NCBI RefSeq assembly: GCF_964194155.1
Contig: NC_135901.1
Coordinates: 25,358,001-25,422,000 of the forward strand
Source: Cetorhinus maximus
Lineage: Eukaryota
Length of the DNA stretch: 64,000 nt
Direction of reading: 5' to 3'
The translations under genes and the position numbers were made by a program. Shown piece by piece: positions 37,592-52,848 of the stretch (position 1 is the first letter of the stretch; each line of letters begins with the position of its first letter). The notes below the pieces were generated by a model. It was not told where the DNA came from and ran no database searches. It worked only from the letters and a program-made list of their open reading frames with translations.

Positions 37592-38765
37592 TCACAGAAT
37601 CACAGTGCAGAAGAGGCCCTACGGCCCATCGAGTCTGCGCCAACACGTGAGAAACACCTGACCTACCTACCTAATCCCATTTACCAGCATTTGGCCCATA
37701 GCCTTGAATGTGTTGACGTGCCAAGTGCTCATCCAGGTACTTTTTAAAGGATGTGAGACAACTCACCTCCACTACCCTCCCAGGCAGCGCATTCCAGACC
37801 GTCACCACCCTCTGGGTAAAAAAGTTTTTCCTCACATCCCCCCTAAACCTCCTGCCCCTCACCTTGAACTTGTGTCCCCACATGACTGACCCTTCAACTA
37901 AGGGGAACAGCTGTCCCGACCCACCGTGTCCATGCCCCTCATAATCTTGTACACCTCGATCAGGTCGCCCCTCAGTCTTCTCTGTTCCACGAAAACAACC
38001 CAAGTCTATCCAACCTCTCTTCATAACTTAAATGTTTCATCCCAGGCAACATCCTGGTGAATCTCCTCTGCATCCCCTCCAGTGCAATCACATCCTTCCT
38101 ATAATGTGGTGACCAGAACTGCACACAGTGCTCCAGCTGTGGCTTCACTAAGGATGATACAACTCCAACATGATCTCCCTACTTTTGTAATCTATGCCTC
38201 AATTGATAAAGGCAAGTGTCCCATATGCCTTTTTCACCACCCCACAAACATGCCCCTCCACCTTCAGAGATCTATGGACACACACGCCAAGGTCCCTTTG
38301 TTCCTCAGAACTTCCGAGTGTCATGCCGTTCATTGAATACTTCCTTGTCAAATTACTCCTTCCAAAGTGTATCACCTCACACTTTTCAGGGTTAAATTCC
38401 ATCTGCCACTTACCTGCAAATCTACTCATTTGACCATCCCGTCTATATCTTCCCACATAGTCATCTATGTCGTTTATATAAATGATGAATAATAGGGGAC
38501 CCAGCACAGATCCCTGTGGTACGCCACTGGACACTGGCTTCCAGTCACGAAAGCATCCTTCTGTCATCACCCTCTGTCACCTACAACTAAGCCAATTTTG
38601 AATTCACCTTATCAAATTACCCTGTATTCCATGTGCATTTGCCTTCTTTATAAGTCTCCCATGTGGGACCTTGTCAAAGGCTTTGCTGAAATCCATAGAA
38701 ACTACATCAACTGCACTACTCTCATCTACACACCTGGTCACCTCCTCAAAGAATTCAGTTAAATT
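37592..38765 (-). mobile_element. CR1 RT/3' fragment
   Basis: [39 protein letters not shown] and FFTQRVVTVWNALP. Confidence 0.9.
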
Positions 38766-40423
38766 TTCAATTATATCCTTACTCGCACCAACTCTTGTTC
38801 ACCATCCACCCCTGTGCTCGCTGACCAACACTGTGATGATTTCCAGCTCTACAACCCTCCAGGATTATCTGGGATCATCGAATTTTGGCCCACCCCAGGC
38901 TCCAATTCCTCCTGGGCATCCACAATCTCTTCCAGCCAGGAAGCATAATGAGAGGTTCGGATGTTTTATTAAATACTCACAGCAGAAGCACATTCATTTG
39001 ATCGGAGATCATTTCCACATGAGCAGCCAGCGATGTGGAGCCTCCTGAGATTCCGGTCCCTTTCCCGTCAGTATTTACAGGAGCTGGGACAAGGAAAAGA
39101 GTCTCAGTAAAATCTACGATATATTTGTTCACTGTTTTAAAATGGGTCTGGACTCACATTTCAAGTTTGTGCAGCCTGTGACTCCCTGGGATTATTAACT
39201 CTCCCTCTCCAGACCCTTTGGGCTCTCTATTGTTGGACTCGCTATTGTTTCTCAATGTCCTCCTGGCCTTGTTGTATCTGATCCAATAAAAACCCTCCTT
39301 ACATCACACAGTGAACAGCTTTAGACATGTTTTGACTTTTCACCTCAATCTTATTCTGCTGAACGATCTCATTGACCGTTCCCTTTCTCTCGATCAGTCC
39401 GTCCACCATCTCTTTTCTGGATTTCACTCCTTCTTGTTGTTCCAGGATTTCATCTCTCTGCCTTTTATTTCTTTTACTGAAGATTCCTGTCCATTGCTGC
39501 CTCACAGCCTCGTCCTGTTCCCACATATTCTCCATGTCTAAGTGCTTCCCAGCGGCCGTGCCAGCCGTGGCCCCTATTCCAGCCCAGTCACTGATCCCTC
39601 TGTTCCCTCCACCCTTTTTACTGGTGTCACTATCACAGGGACGATTTCAGTGTTTTCCGAAAACTGCCTTAACACCAGGGTCATGGCTACTGGGTGGTCA
39701 TAGTCCACCTATCTCTCTCCCTGCATTCTGACTTATGAAATTCCTGGATAATTCCCTTATCATCTGAACATCAAGGTCCTTGAAGATGGGATGACATAAC
39801 CTTGGGGATGGGTGTATGGTGTTCAGGGCACATAGTACAGGAACTATTTTAAATCTTGTATCGTTATATAGGCTTTCTAAGTATGGGTGATGATTAAACC
39901 ATTTGTGGGACCTATTTCTTATGGCAGGACAGATTGATGGGTAGTCAGGGAAACATATGGGGTCTTGGGCTTCATAAATGGAGGCATTGAGTACAGAAAC
40001 AGGGAAGCGCACCAACAGAGAGTTGTCAGGATCTGGAACTCTCTCCCTGAAAAGCATCTGGAACCTGATTCTTTGTTTAGACTCCGCCCACTCAACATAG
40101 ATTCCCCAACCAGCGGAAATAGTTTCTCTCTATCTACCCTGACAGTTCCAATTAATATCCTGAAAACTTTGATCAAATCACCTCTTTGTTTTCTAAATTC
40201 CAGGGATTACAACCCTCACAGTGAGGTGATTTTTAGCAGGAGGAGGAGGGAGAGGGAAGATATTATTCATGGCACAGCACTAAAGAGTGTGCAGGGACAG
40301 AGGGACCTAGGGCTTCATGTGCTTTGATCTCTGAAGGTGACAGGATGTATTAAGAGAGAAGTTAGCACAGCAGGTTGGATCTTGAGCTACATAAATAGTG
40401 GTATTGAGAACAAAAACAGGGAA

Positions 40424-42510
40424 GAAAAGTACAGCACAGGAACAGGCCCTACGGCCCTCCAAGCCTGCGTCGATCATATTGCCCGTAAACTAAAACATTT
40501 TGCACTTCCGGGGTCCGTATCCCTCTATTCCCATCCTATTCATGTATTTGTCAAGCTGCCTCTTAAACACCACTATCGTAGCTGCTTCCACCACCTCCTC
40601 TGGCAGAGAATTCCAGACACTCACTACCCTCTGCATAAAAAACTTGCCCCGCACATCACCTTTATAGTTTTCTCCTCTCACCTTAAATCTATGTCCAATA
40701 GTAATTAACTCTTTCACCCTGGGAAAAAGCTTCTGACTATCTACTCTGTCCATGCCACTCATTATTTTGTAAACTTCTATCAAGTCGCCCCTCAAACTCC
40801 GTCGCTCTAGTGAGAACAATCCGAGTTTCTCCAACCTCTCCTCATAGCTAATAACCTCCAGACCAGGCAGCATTCTGGTAAACCTCCTTTGCACCCTCTC
40901 CAATGCCTCCATATCCTTCTGGTAATGTGGTGACCAGAATTGCATGCAATATTCCAAGTGTGGCCTAACCAAGGTTCTATACAGCTGCAGCATGACTTCC
41001 CAGCTTTTATACTCAATACCCCTGCCAATGAAGGGAAGCATGCCATATGCCTTCCTGACTACCTTATCCACCTGAGTTGCCACTTTCAGTGACCTGTGGA
41101 CCTGTACACCCAGATCCCTCTGCCCGTCGATGCACTTAAGGGTTCTGCCATTTACTGTGTAATTCCTGCCTGTATTTGACCTTCCAAAATGCATTACCTT
41201 GCATTTGTCCGGATTAAACTCCATCTGCCATTTCTCCGCCCAAGTCTCCAACCGATCTATATCCCGTTGTATCCTTTGACAATCCTCTTCACTATCTGCA
41301 ACTCCTCCAACCTTAGTGTCATCTGCAAACTTGCTAATTAGCCCAGTTACATTTTCCTCCAAATCATTTATGTATACCACAAACAGCAAAGGTCCCAGCA
41401 CTGATCCCTGCGGAACTCCACTAGTCACAGCTCTCCATTCAGAAAAGCACCCTTCCACTGCTACCCTCTGTCTTCTATGACCAAGCCAATTCTGTTTCCA
41501 TCCTGCCAGTTCACCTCTGATCCCGTGCGATTTTACCTTCTGTACCAGTCTGCCATCAGGGACCTTGTCAAAGGCCTTACTGAAATCCATGTATATAACA
41601 TCCACTGCCCTTCCATCATCGATCTTTGTCACTTCCTCGAAAAACTCGATCAAGTTAGTGAGACACGACCTCCCCTTCACAAAACCATGCTGCGTCTCAC
41701 TAATACGCCCATTTGCTTCCAAATGGTAGTAAATCCTGTCACGAAGAATCTTCTCCAATAATTTCCCTACCACTGACGTAAGGCTCACCGGCCTGTAATT
41801 TCCTGGATTATCCCTGCTACCCTTCTTAAACAATGGAACAACATTGGCCATTCTCCAGTCCTCTGGGACCTCACCCGTCGCCAGTGAGGATACAAAGATT
41901 TCTGTCAAGGCCCCAGCAATCTCCTCCCTTGCCTCCCTCAGTACTCTGGGGTAGATCCCATCTGGCCCTGGGGACTTATCCACCTTAATATTCTCCAAGA
42001 TGCCTAACACGTCCTCTTTTTTGATCTCAACATGATCCAGGCTATCTACACACTCTTCCCTAGACAAATCGACCACTAAGTCCTTCTTTGGTGAATACTG
42101 ATGAGAAGTATTCATTCAGTATCTCTCCCATTTCTTCTGCTCCACACACAGATTCCTACCTCTGTCCCTGAGTGAGCCCACCCTTTCCCTGGCTACCCTC
42201 TTGCCCTTTACATATGTATAAAAGGCCTTGGGATTTTCCTTAATCTTGGTTGCCAGTGACTTTTCATGACCCCTTTTAGCCCTCCTGACTCCTTGCTTAA
42301 ATTTCTTCCTATTCTTTGTATTCTCCATGGGCTTCATCTGTTCCCATCCTTCTAGCCCTTATGAATGCTTCCATTTTCTTTTTGACTAATCTCACAATAT
42401 CCTTCGTATTCCAAGGTTCCTGAAACTTGCCATGCTTATCCTTCATCCTAGCAGGAACATGCCGGTCCTGAATTCTTATCAACTGACGTTTGAAAGCCCC
42501 CCACATGTCA
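40424..42510 (-). mobile_element. young 5'-truncated CR1 LINE with a 541-aa intact RT frame (40490..42115)
   Basis: [40 protein letters not shown] and the complete C-terminus; small indels near 42080-42140. Confidence 0.95.
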
Positions 42511-43159
42511 GGGAAGTTATGCTGAATCTTTATAAAGCTCTGGTTCGGCCACAATTCAAGAATTGCATCCAGTTCTGATCGCCTCACTTTAGGAAGTATG
42601 TGAAGGTCCTTGAGAAGGTGCAGAGGAGATGTACTGGACTGGTTCCTGCAAAGGAGGTTGAGGGAAGATTGACAGAGGTGCACAAGATTATGACAGGTTT
42701 AGATAAGGTAGACAAATAAAAGCTGTTCCCATCAGCTGATTGCTCAAGGACAGAGATTTAAGGTTTTGGGTAAAAGGTACGGGAGATATGAGGGAGGATG
42801 TTATTACACAGTGAGTGATAATGACCTGGATGTTACTGCCTATGAGGGGCTGGAAATGGACATGATGAATGATTTCGAAAGGATATTGGATAGACATTTG
42901 AGGGAAATAAACTTGCAAAGATACAGGGATAGAACAGGGAACTGGGACTGATTGGATTGCTTTAGAGAGCTGGTATGGACTCAATGGGCTGAATGGCCTC
43001 CTCTGTGACTCTTTTGTGTAATCTCGTTCTGTAGTTTAACCCTTGGAGCTCAGATCACTCAGGTAAATCTGTGTTACACTCCCTCTAAGGCCATTCTATC
43101 CTTCCTGATATTTGTTACCCAGAACTGAACACAGTTTTCCAGGTGTGCTCTAACCCGGG

Positions 43160-43355
43160 TTTGTGTGTCTTGGTGCTTTTCCAGTCACACTGATACCTAA
43201 AATCTTCTCCCACAGGCAGTTCAGACAAACTTTTCCTTTCCACATTCAAAGGGCGATGATGTTCAGGTCCTCATGAATTGAATGACTCTGTCAGATCTTG
43301 ATGTGATGTTTGGATTGAGTTTCCCATCTGTCAATCTTCCACTTCCAGTAACCTG
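43160..43355 (-). pseudogene. truncated ZNF leader-exon copy
   Basis: Reverse cttacAG-GTTACTGGAAG...ACATCAAGATCTGACAGAGTC...GTGACTGGAAAAGCACC. Confidence 0.65.
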
Positions 43356-43489
43356 TAAGTTTATGGAAACCATCACTGTGAGTCCAGGATAGAAATTGCA
43401 GAGACAAACCTTTCTCTTGGTTTGAGTTTGCTATGTGTAAATCCTCCCCTTCTCACCCCCTGTAGAAGGAGTTTCTAAAATCCATCCCT

Positions 43490-43935
43490 GAGAAATTCAC
43501 AACATCCTCTCCTCCTGCTGACCGGGGCAGGGATGACCGCGCATGCGCCCTGCTGCACATTGACCCCGCTCAAGATGGCAGCCGTTAACCCGGCCTATGA
43601 ACCAGGAGTTCACGATCTCTCACCCCGTCCCGTGAAAACAGGATCGGCAACTTTTCATTCGGGGTTTGAGGCCTCCACCGAGTGTTAATGAATCCTCCCT
43701 GCCCACTCCTCTGGCTCTAATCCTCTCCACCCACCCAGCCGCTCCAGGACTCAACCGGACTCGATTGTTTCTCGCTTCTCCGTCTAACTCCAGGTACAAC
43801 CTGCGCTGCGCATGCCCCAGTCAGAGACCGCAGTGCGCAGGCTCCGGTTACAGCCCAGCAGTGCGCCTGCGTCGGAAGCTCGTGGTCTGGTAGGACACAT
43901 TCCTCTCCGCGGAGAATGCTGGGTAAACTCACCGC
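43490..43935. promoter_or_regulatory. CpG-rich promoter between ZNF-7 (-) and ZNF-8 (+)
   Basis: NRF1 GCGCATGCGC ~43539, AAGATGGCAGCCGTTAAC, TGCGCATGC, TGCGCAGGC and CGGAAG; paralogous to the 19900 promoter. Confidence 0.7.
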
Positions 43936-44329
43936 CATTGAATCGATCATTCTGCTTTGCTTTGTGATCCGATTTTGTTTGGAGCCATCAGGGCCAAGAT
44001 ATAAACTTATTAAAATCAATTCATACAGCAACCAAACTCTACTACTTTTCTGTCCTGGATGCGACTAACGGAAGAACTAGTCCCTACTGTCGGATGTGAA
44101 CTTAGTGGAGTCTCAGCAGGTGGGGTGAACAAATGATTTGTTTTCCTTCAACAAAGCAGTTAAACTGCTCCTCGCCAATGAGATTGTGCTGATTGCGCAA
44201 CAGATGCTTTCAACTTTCAAAGCTCGAGCGCCAGCAGGTTGGAAAATTGAATAAATTCCTCTGCACAAGTGAAGTATCTGAATGGTCTTACTCCAGCGTG
44301 ACTGAGCTGTTGTGTCAGTAAATGGGATG

Positions 44330-47300
44330 ACCGAGAGATGGGGGGACGGTAAACAGCCAGAGGTCGTGGTGCACATTGGGACCAATGACATAGGTAGGAA
44401 AAGGGATGAGGTCCTGAAAGTAGATTTTAGGGAGTTAGGAAGGGAATTAAAAAGCAGGACCTCAAGAGCATTGATCTCAGGATTACTCCCAGTGCCACAT
44501 GCTAATGAACATAAGAATAGGAAGATTGAGTAGTTCAACACTTGGCTGGAGAAATGAAGTAGGAGGGAGGGCTTTAATTTCTGAGGCATTGGGACCAGTT
44601 CTGGGGCAGGTGGGACCTATACAAGAAGGATGGGCTACACTTTAATATGACTGGGACTAGTGTCCTTGCGAGGAAGTTTGCTGGTGCTGTTGGGGAGAGT
44701 TTAAACTAGATTGGCAGGGGTTTGGGAACCTGAGGCGAAATTCAGAGTGCAGAGGAGAAAAATTGGCAGTGGGAAGTCGTGAAGTATCTACTGATAATGA
44801 GGGTATATCAGAGAGTTACATCGAGGGAGATAGAATACTTGGAGAGTTTGATAGAATTAGAGTAGGCAACACAAGATCATTAGATGGGGTCATATTAAAC
44901 CAGAAAGTAGAAAAAAGCCTAAATCAGGGCTAATGTGCATGTATGTGAGCGCATGGAATGGGATTAGTAAGATTGGTGAACTGCAGGCACAGGTTATCAA
45001 ATGGAATTATGATATTTTTGCTATAATGGAGACCTGGCTCAAAGAAGGGCTGGACTGAGCATCAAATATTCCTGGGTATAAGGTGTTTAGGAGCGACAGG
45101 AAAGGAAGAAAAGCGGGGGGGCTGGGCGGGAGTTACAATACTGGTTAAAGATGGCATTACAGTGCTGGAAAGAGAGGCTGTTCCAGATGGGTCAAGGACA
45201 GAATATCTCTGGCTAGAGGTAAGGAATGGGACAGGTGCAATAACATTAATTGGTGTAGGACATAGACCACCAACTAGTGGAACAGATGTGGAGAAACAAA
45301 TTTGCAAAGAAATTACGGAGAGGTGCAAGAGTTATAGAGTAATCATAATGGGGGACTTCAGTTATCCAAATATCGACTGGAATCGATAGGAATAGTACAA
45401 AAGGACAAGCGGGGTGAGAGTTCCTGGAATGTGTTCAAGGTAATTTTCTACAACAGTATTTTTCCAGTCCAACAAGGGGACATGTCCTTTTGGACTTGGT
45501 TCTGTCGAATGAGTTGGCCTAAGTGAATCAAATATCAGTGGGAGAACCTCGAGGGGACGGTGACCCATTGGATCAGCAGGTTTAGGTTAATCATTGAAAA
45601 GGACAGAGAACAATCCAGAGCAGGGATAATTAATTGGGGGAAAGCCAACTTTGATGGGATGAGAATGCATCTGAGCCGAGTGAGTGGACTCAAACATTGG
45701 CAGAAAAGACAGTGGCTGAACAATGGGGCCTCCTTCAAAGAAAAAGCATTGCTGACAATGTTAAGGTATATTCCCTTGAAGAGGTAAGGTAGAACAAATA
45801 AATCTAGAGCACCCTGGATGATGAGAGAGAGAGAGAGAGGTAAAGATGAAAAGAAAGAAGTGCGCATACGGCAGATGTCAGGTAGAAAATACAATGGAGA
45901 ATCAGGCTGAATATAGAAGGACAAGAGGGGAAATGAAGAAACTAATAAGAAAAGCAAGGAGAAAGCATGAAAAGAGGCTGGCAGTGAACATAAAAGTGAA
46001 TCCCAAGGTCTTCTATAAGCATGTAAATAATAAAAGGGTGGTAAAAGAAAGAGTGGGGCCAATTATGGACACAAAAGGTACTTGCATGTGGAGGCTAGAG
46101 AAATAGCAGAGGTGTTGAATGAGTACTTTGTTTTTTGAGGAGGTAACAGAGAAGGTTGATAAAGGAAACGCTGTTGATGTGATGTATATGGATTTTCAAA
46201 AGGCATTTGATACAGTGCCACACAACAGACATGTGAGCAAAATTTTAGGTCATGAAATAAAAGGGAAAGTAGGCACTTTGATAAGAAATTGATTGAGTGA
46301 CAGGAAACCGAGAGTAGTGATAAATAGTTGTTTTTCATTTGGAGGAAGGTTTGTAGTGGAGTTCCTCAGGGGTCAGTGTTGGGATCTTTGCTGTTCCTGA
46401 TATACATTAATGACCTAGATTGTGGTGTGCATGGCATGATTTCAAAAATTTCATATGATACAAAGATTAGAAATGTTGTCAACTGTGATGGGAATAGCCT
46501 TGAACTTCAAAAGGATATAGACATGTTGATGGATTGAGCAGACAAGTGGCAGATGACGTTCAGTGCAGAGAAGTCTGGGATGATTTGTTTTGGCAGGAAA
46601 GGTATGGCGCGACAGTATAGAATAAAGGGAGAGCCTCTAAAGGAGGTGTAGGAACACAAGGACCTCAGTGTATACGTATATAGGTCATTGAAGATGGCAG
46701 GGCATGTTGAGTTAATAAAGCATATAGTGTCTTAGGCTTTATTAGTAGGGGCATTGAGTAAAAGAGCAAGGAGTTCATGTTGAACTTGTGTAAGACACTA
46801 GTTAGGCCTCATCTGGAGTACTGCGTCCAGTTCTGGGCACCATACTTGAGGAAGGATGTGAAGACATTGGAGAGAGTACAGTGGAGATTCACAAGAATGA
46901 TTCCTGGGATGAAGAACTGTAGCTATGAGGTAAGATTGGAGAGGTTGGATTTGTTTTCCTTGGAGAAAAGAAGGCTGTGAGGAGACTTGATAGAGGTATT
47001 CAAGATCCTGAGGGGTATGGACAGGGTAAATAGCGAGAAGCTGTTCGCACTCAAAAGAACATCAAGAACTAGAGGGCGCAGATTCAAAATAATGGGCAAA
47101 AGGTGTAAATGTAATTTGAGGAAAAGCTTTTTCACCCAGAAGATGGTTGGGCTCAGGAACAAACTTCCTGAAAGGGTGGTGGAGGCAGGTTCAATCGATA
47201 TTCTATCGGTATTCAAAAGGGAATTGGATTGCTATCTGAAAACCGTACAGGGATAAGGCAGGGAGTGGGAATATGTGGAATGCCCTTTGAGAGAGCCAGT

Positions 47301-47345
47301 GCAGACTGAATGGGCCGAATGGCCTCCTTCTGCATTGTAAAGATG
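44330..47345 (+). mobile_element. near full-length degenerate CR1 (ORF1 SGNH esterase, APE endonuclease, RT)
   Basis: VVVHIGTNDIG (ORF1), VIIMGDFSYPNIDW (endonuclease), [21 protein letters not shown] (RT) and the C-terminus; many stops. Confidence 0.9.
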
Positions 47346-47814
47346 CTGTGATGAGCTGAGACTGGGGTGGAGTCCGGCGATGTTACTGAGGTGGAATCCA
47401 GTCTTGGTGATGATGCAGATATGTGGCTGTGAGCTTGTCTCGGGATCAAATATGACACTGATGTTTTGAATAACCTGTTTCAGACTCAGACTGTTATCAG
47501 GGAGAGGACTGAAGTCAGTGTCTAGGGGTTGGTAGTGGGGACTGAAGACAATGGCCTCAGCCTTCCCAATGTTTAAATGGAGGAAATTTCTGCTCATTCA
47601 ATACTGGATGTCAGACAAGTCAGGACAGTGTGTGACTTGGAGATGATGGTGTTGACGTACACCTGTTACCCTGGTCCATCTAGGTTGTGGAGGTTGAGCA
47701 TTTGGGAGATTCTGTCAAAGTTCTGGTTGAGTTAGAGATATATAAAAGCCCTCTCCTCTGCTTCTGCTCCTAATCCTCTCTCACTCTTCTTTCCCCATTG
47801 AGGGTAGAGTTTTG

Positions 47815-48290
47815 TGTACTCTCCCTTTGCCTGGATGAGTGCAGTTCCAACAACACTCAAGAAGCTTGACACTATCCAGGACAAAGCAGCTCACTTGATT
47901 GGCACCCCATCCACAAACATTCACATCAACGAACAGCGGCAGCATTGTGTACCACCAATAAGATGCACTGCAGAAACTCACCAAGGCTCCTTAGACAGCA
48001 CCTTCCAAACCCACAACCATTACCACCTAGAAGGACAAATGCAGCAGATAGATGGGAACATAGAAGTTCCTCTCCAAGTCACTCACAATCCTGAATTGGA
48101 AATATATCACCTTTCCTCCACTGTCACTGGGTCAAAATCCTGGAACTCCCTCCTGAACAGCACTGTGGGTGTACCTACACCACATGGACTTCAGGGGTTG
48201 AAAAAGGCAGCTCACTACCACCTTCTCAAGGGCAATTAGGGATGGGCAATAAGTGCTGGCCCAGCAAGCCCACATCCCTTGAATGAATAA
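47815..48290 (+). mobile_element. LINE (CR1/jockey-group) 3' end
   Basis: YSPFAWMSAVPTTLKKLDTIQDKAAHLIG plus the recurrent tail. Confidence 0.75.
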
Positions 48291-48626
48291 ACAGAAACAT
48301 TTTAAAAAGGCCCAGACTGGGTGACAGGCTCCATCCTTTGAAGGACATTAGTGAACCAGTTGGGTTTTTACCACAATCCAGCAGTTTTCGTGGTCACTTT
48401 TTCCTAGTGCCAGCCCCACAAATTACCAGATTCATTCAACTCAATTTCACAACCTGCCTTTATGTTTTTGTGGGTTCTCTCTCACTCTCTTTTTTCTGTC
48501 TTAAATCGATTTCACAGGGTGTTAGAAGGAGAAGATTTGCATTCGGTAAACTGAGAACAAATGTCACATCAGGATCTGACAGTGTAACCCAATTTATCCT
48601 ACCCTGAATATCATCAGAGTTTGAAT

Positions 48627-49713
<1,087 letters not shown>

Positions 49714-52700
49714 CTACAGTGATTAGATTTTGCTGCTAATCACATCCAGGACTGAGCCATGTTCATTGGGGTCTGTTTCTGTTCATGTTAATAAACTCCA
49801 GACCAGTCATAGGGGAAAATATTGTTGATGAAAGAAAAATAAATCAGCTAAACACACAGTGTGTTGAATCTTTTTTTTAATTCATGGGATGCCGGCCTTG
49901 CTGGCTTGACCTGCATTTATTGCTCCATCCATAATTTCCCTTGAGAAGGTAGTGGTGAGCTGTCTTCTTGAACCACTGCTGTCCATGTGGTGTCGGTCCA
50001 CTTTCATTCCTTACAGACTTCACAGTGGTTTGGTACAACTGAGTGGTTTGCTTGGCCATTTCTGGGGTTCTGGAGTCACATGTACGCCAGACCAGGAAAG
50101 GACAGCAGATTTCCTTCCCTAAAGGGCATCAGTGAACGAGATGAGTTTTTACGACAATCAACAGTGATTTCATGGTCATCATTAGACTTTTAAGTCCAAT
50201 TTTTTACTGAATTCAATTTCCACCATGGTGGGATTTGAACCCAAGTCTCCAAAGCGTTAGCCTGGGTCTCTGGGTTCTTAGTCCAATGACAATACCACTA
50301 CGCCGTCACCATCATCTTTCCTATCTCCAGCACGTTAGTTCCTTTTGAAGGGCTTTCCCTCTCCCCTGTCCCCTCCATCCTCACCCCCAATAACAAGTGT
50401 GAGGAGCTCATGGAGCATCTTTGTCACTGAGATTGAGACAGTCCGATCAGCTGCCTCTGCTGCTTCCTTCCCTTCCACTAGCCCACCGGACCAAACTGTG
50501 TCTAAAGTTCCCTCTTGTCCAAGCCCTGAACTCACATTTTTCTCCAGTTTCTCTCCTATCTCCCATCATGCCCTGTCAGAGCTCATCTTGTCCAGGAGAC
50601 CCACCTCCTAATCCCTCGATTTTATTCCCACTAAACTGCTGACCATCCATCTTCCCCATGTTGCTGATATTGTTAATGTTTTTTTTCTCTTCTGATTTTG
50701 CCCCTCTCACCTTTAAATACAACATCCTTACCCTTCCTGAAAAAAACACCCCTTCACCCCACCTTCTTTGCAAACTACTGCCCCAACTACTACCTCCCTT
50801 TCCTCTCCAAAGTTCTTGAACTTAGTTTTCCCCAAGGATCTATCCTTGGCCCCTCCTATTTCTCATCTACATGCTGCCACTAGGTGACATCATCCAAAAG
50901 CACCGTGTTAGTTTTCACATGGACACTGACAACGCCCAGCTCTACCTCACCACCATCCCTCTCCATTCTTCCACTGTTACTAAATTATCAAACTGTTTAC
51001 CCGACATCCGGTACTGGGTGAGCAGAAATTTCCTCCAATTAAAAATTGGGAAGACCAAAGCCATTGCCTCGGTCACCAGGACAAATTCCATTCCCTAACT
51101 ACCAAGTCCATCCCTCCCTGGTAACTGTCTGAGGCTGAACCACATTCTTCACAATCCTGGTGTTAGACTTGACCCCAAGATGAGTATCTGACCACGTATC
51201 CACACCATTATTAATACCAGATTCCAGAGATTTCCACCTCCCTAACATCACCCGCCTGCACCCCACCCCAGCTCATCTGCTGCTGAAATCCTCCTCATAC
51301 CCATGACTTGATGATTCTAATACATTCCTGGCCAGTCTCTCACGTTCACTCTGCCCCCCAACCCCTGGAAACGTTAGGCTATCCAAAACTCTGCTGCCCG
51401 TGTGCTTTCTCACTCTGAATGGAGGGGAAATGGTGTCACAGTGATAACGTCACTGGACTAGTATTCCAGAGGCCGAGGCTTATGACCTGGGAATGTGGGT
51501 TCAATTCCCACATTCCACCCAAACCTTCTGCAGACATTTTCAGCAATAAATTTCCAAACAGTATTTATACATAAACACCGTGACCTGAATCAGACAGAAA
51601 ATGTTTGCCGTCTGTGTGTAAGTTAGTATCAGTAATGATGCCATGAAATTATCATTGATTGTTGTAAAATCCCATCTGGTTCACTAATGTCCTTCAGGGT
51701 AAGAAATCAACCAATTAAATGGCACAATATTAAACAGAGTGCAGGAACAGAGTGACCTGGGAGTGTATGGACACAAATCTTTGAAGGGAGCAGGAAAAGT
51801 TGATCAAGCTGTTTAAAAAAAAACAAATGGGATCCATTTATTAATGGAGACATGAAGTACAAAAGCAAGGAAGTCACACTGAATCTTTATAAATCACTTT
51901 TTAATCCTCAGCTCAAATATTGTGTTCAGTTCTGAGCACCACACTTCAGGAAAGATGTCAAGGCCTTGGAGAGATTACACGGAAAATTGACCAGAATAGT
52001 GTCAGCGATGAGGGGTTTCCGTTATGTGGAGAGACTGGGGAAACTGGGATTGTTCTCTTTAGAGCAGAGAAAGTTAAGGAGTGATTTAATAGAGGTGTGG
52101 ACATTTTTGTAGAATTTTTATTAAGTCAGGAGAAATTGTTTCCATTGGCAGGATGGATAGTAACCATAGAAAACAGATTTAAAATAATTACCAAAGTTCA
52201 GGATGGAGATGAAGAGAGATTATTTTACTCAGTGAGTTCTGATGATCTGGAACACACTGTCTGAATGACTGGTGGAAGCAGATCCAATGGTAACTCTCAA
52301 AAGGGATTTGGACTTTTACCGAATAAGGAAAGATTTTCAGGGCTCAGGAGAAAGGTCAGGGGAGTTGGACATTTTCATACAGTACAGACACAATGGGCTG
52401 AATGGCCACCTTGTGAGCTCTATGAATCGATTGTATGGTGTTTATTATGAATCATTATCCTGTTATAGAATCACATGATCTCATCATAGTGCAGCACAGA
52501 AGGAGGCCACTCAGCTCATCGAATCTGCACTGGCTCTTTCAAAGAGCTATCCGGTTAATCCCATTCCCCCATTCTTTCCCCATATCCCTGGATGAGGTTT
52601 CAGCCGATCATCTGGCCTGTCAAGGCACAAGCCCAGTCACATTGGGGAGAAACCATGTAATGTGGGGACAGTGGAAAGGGATTCAATTAATCATTTGAGT

Positions 52701-52848
52701 TAGTAAGTCATCAGCACATGCACACTGGGGAGAGGCTGTTCACCTCCTCCATTTGTGGGAAGGGATTCACTTGGTTAACCAGCCTCCGAACACACCAGTA
52801 AGTTTATACTGGAGAGAGAGAGGGTTTAAACGCTTAGACTGTGACAAG

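Noticed and set aside
40490-42115. Domesticated RT or retron-like gene
   Set aside because: It is a typical 5'-truncated CR1 with its 3'UTR and a near-identical second copy in the window
43960-44330. LTR-like segment with AATAAA
   Set aside because: Boundaries and TSD could not be defined
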